Positions 49,901 through 58,322 of a DNA stretch of 64,000 nucleotides are shown here, one piece after another. The notes below the pieces were generated by a model. It searched no databases. It was not told where the DNA came from and saw nothing but the letters and a program-made list of their open reading frames with translations. How positions within the stretch are numbered: the first letter of the stretch is position 1; every line of letters starts with the position of its first letter. Position numbers and translations under genes: made by a program. Source of the stretch: an uncultured Gammaproteobacteria bacterium (GTDB taxonomy: Bacteria; Patescibacteriota; Patescibacteriia; Patescibacteriales; UBA12465); assembly GCA_964483295.1 (NCBI GenBank), contig CAZAAD010000001.1, positions 27,875 to 91,874 on the forward strand, read 5' to 3'.

Positions 49901-51832
49901 TTATTTTTTTGTGCTCTTGATAAAGGTAATCGCCTGGTCACCAACTTTTAGACCACTCGTGATTTCAATTAAACCATCATCCCCTCTCAGTCCGGTGGAA
50001 ACCGGGGTTTCTACTACTTCTTTCCCAGTTAAAACCCGCACAAATTTCCGGCCCTCCTCTTCAATTACTGCCCGAGCCGGAACTTGTAAAACATTATCGC
50101 GCTTTTCCGTGGTAATAGAGACATTAGCAGTCATGCCAGCTTTTAAAGCTAAATTCCTTGCCTTGAGCATCTCTTGAGTTTTCGCTAAATCATCAAAGCC
50201 AACTTTAACCTTGTAATACACCACGCCCTGAATTATTGTCTGAGCCGGCTCGATAAAGCCGACACTACCATTTAAAACCAAATCCTCAGGGAAAGCATCA
50301 ATCGTAATTGTTGCACTATTACCAAACTTAAGCTTGCTAATATCAGACTCGGAAATATCAAGTTCAATCTCAAAATTATTATCGGCCAACATCTGCACCA
50401 TTGGCTGTCCGGAAACACCAAACTGCTCGCCAGATTCATAATTTACCTGGGTAACGACACCACTCAACGGGGCGACTAAAATACTATCAGCGATTTGCTT
50501 ATCAATACTCGCTAAGCTGGCCTGAGCTTGATTTAACTGGGCTTCAGCTAGTGCAATATCTTGAGCGCGCGCCGGAGCAGACACGCTAGCTAAACGCGAA
50601 CGGGCAAGCAAGACAGCGCTGGAGGCAGTTTCTAAGCGAGCTTGAGCGGCCGCAATTTGCTGATCACCGGATAAACGCAGACTAGCTAAAGAGTTGCGAG
50701 CAGAAGAAATTGCATTATCTAGATTAACTTGTGCCTGACGCAAACTTTCTTCTGCAGCTGCTACAGCTGTTTCATAACCAACTTGAGAATTGTTGTAAGC
50801 CTGTAAAGAATTTTCGACTGCAGTATTGGCGGCAGAGACTTGCGAACTCTGAGTGCTAATTAAAGTTTTATAAGCATCAAGCTCGGCTTGCGTAAACTGC
50901 GCCCAAGTAATCGTAGCCTCGAGTAGTGAATAGGCGTAATTTAAAGACTGGTTCGCCTTGGAAAGAAAATTTCTCACTGCCGTAGCGGCGGCGTTAATGT
51001 CATAATCAGCGCCACTGGCTTTAGCTCGAGAAACAGCGCTTTCGGCTGTCGGCAATAGAGCAAGAGCGGCAATGCGACTGTTTTCCGTATCGCTTAAAGT
51101 AGAGCTATTTTTAACCCCCAAAACGTTTTCGGCGTCATCATCTTCGAGCAGCGTATAAAGATTATCCATGGCAATTTTGCCAGTCAGAATTTTATCGCCT
51201 AAAACTAACAATAATGAAGCGCGGCTGTTATCAACTAACTTTTGGTTAGATTTCTTAGTGTTTTCTAAAGCAGTAGTCGCCGAAACGACTGCCTGCTCTT
51301 GTGGAGTCGGCGTGCTCAGTGCTGTCGATTCTAAATCACGCAAAGTTTTTTCCGCCTGGACTATATTTTCCGCCACTGTTTTTTTAATTTTTTCCAAATC
51401 AGTGCGCGCAGCGCTCTCATTGGCCTGCGCCTGTTCAATTTCCGAACGACTGACAGCTACCGTCTCCAAACTGGCACCAGCAATAATTTTGGATAAGCTC
51501 GCTTCAGCAATCCTTAAACCGGCTTCAGCCTCAGAGCGCTTAATCGCCAAAGAGGCAGAATCAAGAGCGGCGAGCGGCGTACCGGAAGCAACTTCATCCC
51601 CAATCTTGACATAGATATTGCTTATCCTGCCCGCGGATAAAAAATTTAAAGACAATTCTTGAACCGGTTTGACAGTTCCCGTTTCGCTCACAGTCTGTAC
51701 CAGAGGGCCAGACACAACTTCCACGGTTGAATACTCTTCCGTCTTCTTTCCTCCGGACAAAATTATTAAGATAACAATAACAGCGGCCATGGGAAACAAA
51801 ATCAGCCACCGCTTCTTCGGTATTTTTTTCAT
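49901..51832 (-). CDS. Membrane fusion (adaptor) protein with a long coiled coil
   Basis: TM, lipoyl halves (VKIGDEV / LVAPLSGVV), ISESDI, GMTANV, VSTGL..D..IEITSGL. Confidence 0.9.
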   Translation of the reverse strand: MKKIPKKRWLILFPMAAVIVILIILSGGKKTEEYSTVEVVSGPLVQTVSETGTVKPVQELSLNFLSAGRISNIYVKIGDEVASGTPLAALDSASLAIKRSEAEAGLRIAEASLSKIIAGASLETVAVSRSEIEQAQANESAARTDLEKIKKTVAENIVQAEKTLRDLESTALSTPTPQEQAVVSATTALENTKKSNQKLVDNSRASLLLVLGDKILTGKIAMDNLYTLLEDDDAENVLGVKNSSTLSDTENSRIAALALLPTAESAVSRAKASGADYDINAAATAVRNFLSKANQSLNYAYSLLEATITWAQFTQAELDAYKTLISTQSSQVSAANTAVENSLQAYNNSQVGYETAVAAAEESLRQAQVNLDNAISSARNSLASLRLSGDQQIAAAQARLETASSAVLLARSRLASVSAPARAQDIALAEAQLNQAQASLASIDKQIADSILVAPLSGVVTQVNYESGEQFGVSGQPMVQMLADNNFEIELDISESDISKLKFGNSATITIDAFPEDLVLNGSVGFIEPAQTIIQGVVYYKVKVGFDDLAKTQEMLKARNLALKAGMTANVSITTEKRDNVLQVPARAVIEEEGRKFVRVLTGKEVVETPVSTGLRGDDGLIEITSGLKVGDQAITFIKSTKK

Positions 51833-51914
51833 ATTATTCCAATAATATAATTGATATGCTTAAATCATAGCAAAAAATCGAGAAAAAAGCCAGGCAGAAA
51901 GAATTGCCTAATAT

Positions 51915-51944
51915 TTGACACCGAGACAAATATTATTGTAAGTT
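51915..51944 (+). promoter_or_regulatory. Sigma70 promoter TTGACA-N18-TAAGTT
   Basis: Upstream of ATG 51994. Confidence 0.6.
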
Positions 51945-51993
51945 AGAGGCACAGATATCGTACTTTAAAAACAACAAATAAAAACTAAAAATC

Positions 51994-52980
51994 ATGTTAA
52001 AAATCTTTTATAATCCGGAACAGCCGGAGCTGATTTTTTCAGTAGCCGCTATTATGTTGTCAACTGACAACTTGTACCCCTTCTCTATTCCCAGAACAGC
52101 CAGCGAAATGCACAATGCCGGTCCGCCGCTGATAGTTCTAAAAGAAAGATTAGCAGAACAGGAGGATGATTTAGAATTTGAAGAAGAACTGATGGAGCTT
52201 GAAGACGAAGAAGAATATATTGTTGTCGGCATCCACCCGCAAGAGCCCGGAGACGAAGAAATTTTAATCAAATTTCTGGAAAAATATGAAAACAACATCA
52301 AGCTCTGGGTAGATAACCATGAATGGTCGCCGGGACTAGCCAAATACTTTACTGAGTCAACCGCTCCCACTTTTATTGACAATAACTGTTCATGCCTAGA
52401 ACTACTGGCTCGAGCCGGCTACTTAATCCCTGAGTTTTGGCTTAAGTCTGAAAAAGCCTTAATTAAAGCTGATATGCGTAATCCACTCGCCGCCCGTTAT
52501 TTCACGGCGATGCTGGTAAATCGTACTATCGGTAAAAACAACAACCAGGAAAGAGATTATGAAGCCCAACTATTTTTAGCCACCGTAGATGAAATAATTT
52601 CAGCGGAAAAAAGTGAACTCATCAGCGAGCTAGGCGAAGTTTTTCAGGACATGATTAAAAAAACCAAAGCCATCAAGGAGCGGCTAACTGATAAAAACCC
52701 GATTTTCCAGCGCGCCAAAGCAATCGGGAGACCAATTGGCTGCCTGTTATTAGACCGGATTGATTACTATCTCAACGTTGAGGCCATCATTAACTATGGA
52801 GCCCAAAAATTTCCTTGGCTCTGCGTTCTCGGCTTCTATTATCAAGACCGTTATCGGATTGTATTTCATTCGGAAAAAATGCCAATCAGCGACCTTATTT
52901 CCGGATACAAACCGGCTGAAATCAGCATCCCGGAGATGTTAGCTATTATGCAGGAAGAAGTTCTACGCTACAAAGAGTAA
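51994..52980 (+). CDS. Hypothetical protein, possibly a degenerate DHH-family fold, with an acidic tract
   Basis: IKLWVDNH resembles the DHH motif; EQEDDLEFEEELMELEDEEE tract. Confidence 0.6.
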   Translation: MLKIFYNPEQPELIFSVAAIMLSTDNLYPFSIPRTASEMHNAGPPLIVLKERLAEQEDDLEFEEELMELEDEEEYIVVGIHPQEPGDEEILIKFLEKYENNIKLWVDNHEWSPGLAKYFTESTAPTFIDNNCSCLELLARAGYLIPEFWLKSEKALIKADMRNPLAARYFTAMLVNRTIGKNNNQERDYEAQLFLATVDEIISAEKSELISELGEVFQDMIKKTKAIKERLTDKNPIFQRAKAIGRPIGCLLLDRIDYYLNVEAIINYGAQKFPWLCVLGFYYQDRYRIVFHSEKMPISDLISGYKPAEISIPEMLAIMQEEVLRYKE

Positions 52981-52991
52981 ATAACTTTTGC

Positions 52992-53018
52992 AAGCCCGCG
53001 CTAACGCCGGGCTTTTTT
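52992..53018 (+). terminator. Intrinsic terminator
   Basis: aagcccg...cgggctttttt. Confidence 0.8.
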
Positions 53019-53075
53019 ATTTGCGGCATTCAAGAAGGGATGATAAGATAAAAAAGCCTTAACAAATATAAAAAT

Positions 53076-53573
53076 ATGCGCGTACCAATCAGAAAGGGCG
53101 ACCCCAGAATGTTTACCAAAATTGACCCTGCCATGACAATTCAAAAATACGAGGAGCTTAAAGGTAAACTAGAGTTTATGAAAAAAGTTAAGCGTCCTCG
53201 TGAAGCTGAAGAGGTTAAGCGTCTGGCGCTCATGGGCGATTTCTCAGAAAATGCCGGCTATCAATTAGCTAAAGGGCGGCTGCGGGGACTAAACCAAAGA
53301 ATTTTAGATTTAGAAAACTTGCTCGGACGAGCAGAAATAATAAAACCAACGAAGGACGGGGTGGTGCGCTTGGGCAGCTTTGTCACTATCGAACGCGAAG
53401 GCAAAATTAAAAAATATCAAATTCTCGGCACAGCCGAAACAAATCCCCAGGCAGGGATAATTTCTCATAACTCGCCGCTCGGCAGCGCATTAATAAATAA
53501 AAAAGTAGGCGATTTAGTATCAATAGAAATAAACGGTCGCGCTGCTCAATATTTAATAAAAGCGGTGGAATAA
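53076..53573 (+). CDS. greA: Transcription elongation factor GreA/GreB family
   Basis: GDFSENAGY, ISHNSPLGSAL. Confidence 0.92.
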   Translation: MRVPIRKGDPRMFTKIDPAMTIQKYEELKGKLEFMKKVKRPREAEEVKRLALMGDFSENAGYQLAKGRLRGLNQRILDLENLLGRAEIIKPTKDGVVRLGSFVTIEREGKIKKYQILGTAETNPQAGIISHNSPLGSALINKKVGDLVSIEINGRAAQYLIKAVE

Positions 53574-53585
53574 AAAAGTGAAATA

Positions 53586-53615
53586 AAAAAAGAGGCTGCT
53601 TGTTAGCAACCTCTT
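53586..53615. terminator. Terminator between greA and the pur operon
   Basis: aagagg.tgct..tagca.cctctt with a U-tract on the minus strand. Confidence 0.7.
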
Positions 53616-53638
53616 CACGTAGTAAGACTGAAACTTAA

Positions 53639-53980
53639 TCAGTCTTTTTTTGTTTGACTTTTCAGTCTCACGTTTTTGCCTTTCATCTGTTCCAAATCAA
53701 TTTTCTTAGCCGGTTTTTTTTCGCCAAACTCCCAAAGCTTTAGCTGCCCGTTTTTTCCTTGGCGGGAATAAACTTTGAAGCGAAGTGAGAATTTGTGCCG
53801 GTTGTCATATAATTCTTGGACGAAAGAGTACTTTTCAATCTGAAACACCGAAATTTCTCGCCCCTCGGAATCGGTTATCGCAAAATTTTCATCCAGCTGA
53901 TTAACAGCTAACAATCTTTTCGCAATAATCTCATTCGTATGAGCGCCAATCGGCTCAACGAACCAATAGGTTTTTTTCAT
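53639..53980 (-). CDS. Hypothetical basic protein, last gene of the pur operon
   Basis: ORF 13 nt downstream of purM; start trimmed to MKKTYW. Confidence 0.7.
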   Translation of the reverse strand: MKKTYWFVEPIGAHTNEIIAKRLLAVNQLDENFAITDSEGREISVFQIEKYSFVQELYDNRHKFSLRFKVYSRQGKNGQLKLWEFGEKKPAKKIDLEQMKGKNVRLKSQTKKD

Positions 53981-53993
53981 TGGCAAATACTTT

Positions 53994-55172
53994 TTAATAG
54001 TTGAAGTTACCAAAGGGCGTTTGAAACTTAATTTCATTCTTTTCCGAATTCGATCCAGCTTCAACCTCTCCTAAATGACACCATTCAATTTCACAACGAT
54101 CCGTCGCCGCCTTAATAGCGTCAAACAAAATTGGGCTATTAACGCCAACAATATCAATACCGACACCGCAATTGAATGACTTATACATATTAAACCACGA
54201 TTCCCCGCTCTCTTCCTTAATCAACTGGAAAATTGACGGTGGAACCGGCATTACTTTAGAGTAGCAGACTCCTTTCCCGATTCGGGAAATCTTAGTGGCA
54301 CCGCCACCGGTGTTCATCGTTATTCCAGAAATTAAAGGCAACGCTTTTCTTTTTTTTAATTCAGACAGAATTTCATGAATCACAATTGCCCATTGCCTAG
54401 TTGGCGATGTTAATGCTTGACCAACTGTCATTTCTGGCAAAGCGTGCGCTTTGCTGCCGGGGAAAAATTGGCCGCGATAGGAATTTCGACCACGCAACTG
54501 CGGATATTTTTCATTAAACATCCGAGACATTAAAACGGTACGCGCCATCGTTAAGCCATTCGACATTAAGCCGGAATTTATTTCTTCCTCCCAGGCAGCC
54601 TGACCATCACTCATTAAACCAATAATCACTTCTCCCGGCTTAGTATCACCGGATATTAAGAAGCGTTTCTTAGTCCAAGCAGTAACGGCGACATCAAAGG
54701 TACCAGATGAAACTTGATCGGGTAAATCAGCTGTTTCGCCTCCCAAAAATCGCAAATCGAGATCGTAAAGACGGTACAGTGCCTTCAACTCTGAAAAGCG
54801 CTGAGCAACTTTGTCCATGATTATTTTTTTCAAATCAGCCGTAACGCCAAGATTTAAAACATCAGAGACAATAATTGGACCGAAAACAAATCCGGCTGCC
54901 GCGATATCTCCCGTATTCATCGAAAGAGCATCATCTACCATACCCAAAAAGATATTCTCATCGCCTGTTTCGTAATAATGAAGCAAGCGCTGAATAAACT
55001 TACTACCATCGCCATCTTGATGCTGAGTCAAAACGCGTTTCGGGTTAAGGGGATCGGAAATCACGTTCACGAAAGCATTCGGATATTCGTTATCGACCAC
55101 TTTTTCGAAGGTGTCGCAGACGCTTTTTTTGCTCGAATCAACTCCGAGCTGTTCATACATGCTTTTTTCCAT
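53994..55172 (-). CDS. purM: AIR synthase (PurM)-family protein, divergent
   Basis: YEQLGVD, DGDGSK, MNTGD, GGETAD, SNG, TGGG, FNCGVG. Confidence 0.8.
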   Translation of the reverse strand: MEKSMYEQLGVDSSKKSVCDTFEKVVDNEYPNAFVNVISDPLNPKRVLTQHQDGDGSKFIQRLLHYYETGDENIFLGMVDDALSMNTGDIAAAGFVFGPIIVSDVLNLGVTADLKKIIMDKVAQRFSELKALYRLYDLDLRFLGGETADLPDQVSSGTFDVAVTAWTKKRFLISGDTKPGEVIIGLMSDGQAAWEEEINSGLMSNGLTMARTVLMSRMFNEKYPQLRGRNSYRGQFFPGSKAHALPEMTVGQALTSPTRQWAIVIHEILSELKKRKALPLISGITMNTGGGATKISRIGKGVCYSKVMPVPPSIFQLIKEESGESWFNMYKSFNCGVGIDIVGVNSPILFDAIKAATDRCEIEWCHLGEVEAGSNSEKNEIKFQTPFGNFNY

Positions 55173-55187
55173 GGTTTCGTTTTTTCG

Positions 55188-56480
55188 TTATAAGTCCAAT
55201 TCTTCCAAGGCATACTGACGAAGCATATAAGCGTAAGGATTTTTCTGTGCCAACATGTTCAATGCGGCCAGAATGGCATTTTTCTGATTCAAAACCGTCA
55301 CAAGCGGCACCTGGCTCGGCAAGTTAAGACTACTCCAAACATCATTTGGGTTTTCTTTAGCAGTCAGTGGCACAGCAATTACTGGCCAGCTTGTACGGGC
55401 AGCCAGAATCGGACCCAAACCGTTACTCAGACCAACGGCAGCGATAATCACGCCGCCTTCAGGATAAGAGCTGAGTGTTTCCTCGAGTTGTTCCAGGCAA
55501 AGTTCTGGCGACTTGTGTCCAGAAATCACAATGTCCTCAAAAGCAATGGCGGGATTTTCGGCAAAACCCAGAGCAAGGACGGGGTCATTTTCTGAGCCAC
55601 GCCAGGAGACAATTGCTTGCTTCGGCAAATGTAACAGATCAGATAAGCCAGCCACGAGCGCATACTTGCTGCCCACTTCTTCCAAATTGGCGTTCTGCCT
55701 GAATGTTTCTTTGGACACTTCTTCCCAAGCACTAGTGCGCAAACGCCAACTGTCGTTGTCAATAACGTCAGCGACCAGGAGATTTCCGTCTTCATCAATG
55801 CCGAATTCGATTTTAAAATCGATTAACCTGAAACCGAGCTGCGCCCAAGCACCCTCCAAAACCAAAAAGGTTTTCCGAGTAATCTCTGCGATTTTATTAA
55901 GCAATTCTTCTACATCTCCAGGAAGAATCGCTTCTAAATCAAGCGCTGTAATCAAGGAATCTTTAGACCAAGACGGCACTTTTGGTTGGCGCAACTCATA
56001 ACCAGAATCGCTAATTTCAATCAACGGATCTTCAACTGGCGTAGTGCCAATTTCGACACCGTCAAAAGTTTTGATAATTTTTCCGGTTGTCTTTAAAAAA
56101 ATTTCAAAGACTAAAGCATGAAACCTTACCGGGTTACAGCCAGCTGGCATCTTCAGGTTCGGATAGCGTTCCAGATAGCTGCCCACGCCATAGCGACGAT
56201 CAATGACTTCCAAAGGAATCATCCGGCACTTAGGCGTACTGAATTCTGTTTCGGAAAGCTGCTCGATAAAAGCTACCGGAATACCAGCGCTTTTCAGTAA
56301 ACGAAAAACATTGCAAGTTGTCCGGGTGGCATATTTTGCCTTGCCCTCCATTTGTTTTGTAAGCTCCGGATTATCAAACTTGGTTAAAGCATCGAAGTTC
56401 TCCAGAATAACCACTTTGGGGTCGTCAGTAGCAAAAACCGCCTTGGTTTTGCCACGATAGATTTGTTCTCTTTTTTCCAT
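55188..56480 (-). CDS. purC: SAICAR synthetase / AIR carboxylase fusion (PurC-PurE, PAICS-like)
   Basis: YRGKTK, MIPLE, DFKIEFG, DVIDNDSWRL; C-terminal GSEND, SGHKSP, GLSNGLGP, PVIAVP. Confidence 0.9.
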   Translation of the reverse strand: MEKREQIYRGKTKAVFATDDPKVVILENFDALTKFDNPELTKQMEGKAKYATRTTCNVFRLLKSAGIPVAFIEQLSETEFSTPKCRMIPLEVIDRRYGVGSYLERYPNLKMPAGCNPVRFHALVFEIFLKTTGKIIKTFDGVEIGTTPVEDPLIEISDSGYELRQPKVPSWSKDSLITALDLEAILPGDVEELLNKIAEITRKTFLVLEGAWAQLGFRLIDFKIEFGIDEDGNLLVADVIDNDSWRLRTSAWEEVSKETFRQNANLEEVGSKYALVAGLSDLLHLPKQAIVSWRGSENDPVLALGFAENPAIAFEDIVISGHKSPELCLEQLEETLSSYPEGGVIIAAVGLSNGLGPILAARTSWPVIAVPLTAKENPNDVWSSLNLPSQVPLVTVLNQKNAILAALNMLAQKNPYAYMLRQYALEELDL

Positions 56481-56513
56481 CTTTCGGTTTTTAAATTGTT
56501 AAAGAATGCCCTA

Positions 56514-56542
56514 ACCTTAATAAATATATTGATTTTTGTCAA
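56514..56542 (-). promoter_or_regulatory. Sigma70 promoter TTGACA-N17-TAAGGT, followed by boxA-like ATTCTTTAACAATTT
   Basis: Upstream of ATG 56480. Confidence 0.7.
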
Positions 56543-56560
56543 TAATAAACTAGCCTAAAA

Positions 56561-56611
56561 ATATACTTGACATAACAAGTTAATTCCGATATACTTGCTA
56601 TATCAACTAAT
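56561..56611 (+). promoter_or_regulatory. marR promoter TTGACA-N17-TATACT overlapped by two imperfect palindromic operators
   Basis: ACTTGACATAACAAGT (56565-56580) and ACTTGCTATATCAACT (56593-56608). Confidence 0.75.
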
Positions 56612-56621
56612 AATAAAACTT

Positions 56622-57035
56622 ATGAAAAACACTCTACCCTTCCTTTTTAGCCTATATCGAGCTAATGCGATCATAAACCGACGCCTAGCCGGCCATGGCC
56701 TAGATTTTAATGATTTCATGATTCTGTATCATTTAAATTCTGCTCCGGAAAAAAAGTTGCGCCGCATCGACCTAGCTAATAAGCTCGGCTTCACCGCCTC
56801 CGGGGTGACGCGCCTATTATTACCTCTAGAAAAATTGGGTATTATTAAGCGCGCCGAAGGAGATGATGATAACCGCGCGCGCTTTGCCTCTTTAACTAGA
56901 GCCGGTGAAGAGTTATTGCACGATGCAACCAATTCTTTAGAAATGAAATTAGAAGATGTTATTCCTAATACGGAGCGAGAACGGTTACCAAAATTTACTG
57001 AACTGCTAACTAGAATTACCGACAACATATCATAA
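56622..57035 (+). CDS. MarR-family transcriptional regulator
   Basis: DLANKLGFTASGVTRLL..LEKLGII.R...D.R...LT.AG; start trimmed to MKNTLP. Confidence 0.92.
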   Translation: MKNTLPFLFSLYRANAIINRRLAGHGLDFNDFMILYHLNSAPEKKLRRIDLANKLGFTASGVTRLLLPLEKLGIIKRAEGDDDNRARFASLTRAGEELLHDATNSLEMKLEDVIPNTERERLPKFTELLTRITDNIS

Positions 57036-57050
57036 ACAAAAAGAGAGGCA

Positions 57051-57088
57051 ACAAAAAACAGGAATTAATTTAGCTCCTGTTTTTTGTT
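57051..57088. terminator. Bidirectional terminator
   Basis: acaaaaaacagga...tcctgttttttgt. Confidence 0.75.
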
Positions 57089-57100
57089 CATTCTATCAGG

Positions 57101-57637
57101 CTACTTAAATTTTATCCGATACTCAACCTCTTCCATCTCCTTGCCTTTAGCGTTCTTGCCAATATATTCCCGAATAACTTCCCCGCCTAAAATTTCCGCA
57201 ATCTTGCGGCTAGGTAAATTATCTTTGACTACCGGGTATTTCAATTGACTGCAAGTTAAGTTGTCTTTAGCCCATTCTTTTAAAGCTAACATGGATTCTC
57301 GTCCATACCCCTGCCCCCAAGTAGAACGTTTAAACCAAAGCCCTAATTCGGGAACTTCATCCTGCAATTTATCTAAACTAACACAGCCTAAAAATTTTTT
57401 CGTTTTTTTATCTAAAGCGACAAGCTGCAAATCCTCGCCCTTAAGCAAACTCTGTAGTGAGCGCTCAATAAATTCTGCGGTATGACAGATATCGGAACTG
57501 GGCTGCGGAAAAAGAAAAATAGCCACCTCGGGAGTAAATTCTCGAAAAATATCTTCCTCATATTCATGGTTAATAGGGACAAGCAGTAAGCGTTCAGTCT
57601 CAAGAAAAAAATTTTTTAAATCAGAAACTAGGCTCAT
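57101..57637 (-). CDS. GNAT N-acetyltransferase (RimJ/RimL-like)
   Basis: ETERLLL, ELGLW, WGQGYGRE, NLPSRKIAE. Confidence 0.88.
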   Translation of the reverse strand: MSLVSDLKNFFLETERLLLVPINHEYEEDIFREFTPEVAIFLFPQPSSDICHTAEFIERSLQSLLKGEDLQLVALDKKTKKFLGCVSLDKLQDEVPELGLWFKRSTWGQGYGRESMLALKEWAKDNLTCSQLKYPVVKDNLPSRKIAEILGGEVIREYIGKNAKGKEMEEVEYRIKFK

Positions 57638-57648
57638 AAATTTTATTA

Positions 57649-58314
57649 TTATTTTTTTAACTTGGCTTTTATAATTGTCCTCTTCTCATCGCTTCCAATA
57701 ATTACAGAAGCGAAGCCAAATTTTTTCAAAAGACCAATTAAATAATTTTTATTAAAACTTATCCAACCAAACTCTTCCCCGGTTTTTCCGCGCCAACTAG
57801 GAGTGAGCTTCACCTTAAAATAATTGCGGTCATCAATATTTCTCGCATCAATCAAAACTTGGCCGCCATCGGTTAAAAGTGACTTTATCTTTTTGATTAA
57901 TTTTTTGGTTCCTGTTAAATCGCCGCTTAAACCAATATTATTTTCCAATAAAGTTATCGTATCAAATTTTTTTCGGCTTGAGAAAAAAAAGATATCACCT
58001 TGAAAACAGTTTTTTAATCCTTGCATTTTAGCAATAGCAACCAACTTAGGAGAAAGCTCTAAACCATAAACATCGCCCTTCTTCGCCAACGCCGGCAAAT
58101 AATAGCCGGTCGCGCAGCCAATATCTAAAATGCGACCACGAGCTTCGCTGATTAATAGTTTTTCCAAGGGCGCTAATTGCCTAACTGTCCTGAGATACCG
58201 ATTGATATCATGAACACTTGACCTGTTACTTGAATAATTAAAAACAAAATCGCCCTTAATTCCTTTGAGCTTATCGAGCAGTGCTATGCCTAGTAAATCC
58301 ATGGATTTTTTCAT
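57649..58314 (-). CDS. Class I SAM-dependent methyltransferase
   Basis: ILDIGCATG, FDTI, LLTDGGQV. Confidence 0.88.
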   Translation of the reverse strand: MKKSMDLLGIALLDKLKGIKGDFVFNYSSNRSSVHDINRYLRTVRQLAPLEKLLISEARGRILDIGCATGYYLPALAKKGDVYGLELSPKLVAIAKMQGLKNCFQGDIFFFSSRKKFDTITLLENNIGLSGDLTGTKKLIKKIKSLLTDGGQVLIDARNIDDRNYFKVKLTPSWRGKTGEEFGWISFNKNYLIGLLKKFGFASVIIGSDEKRTIIKAKLKK

Positions 58315-58322
58315 AAAGAGAT

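Noticed and set aside
52008-52382. 124-aa minus-strand Ser-rich ORF
   Set aside because: Antisense mirror of the acidic tract of the 328-aa gene.
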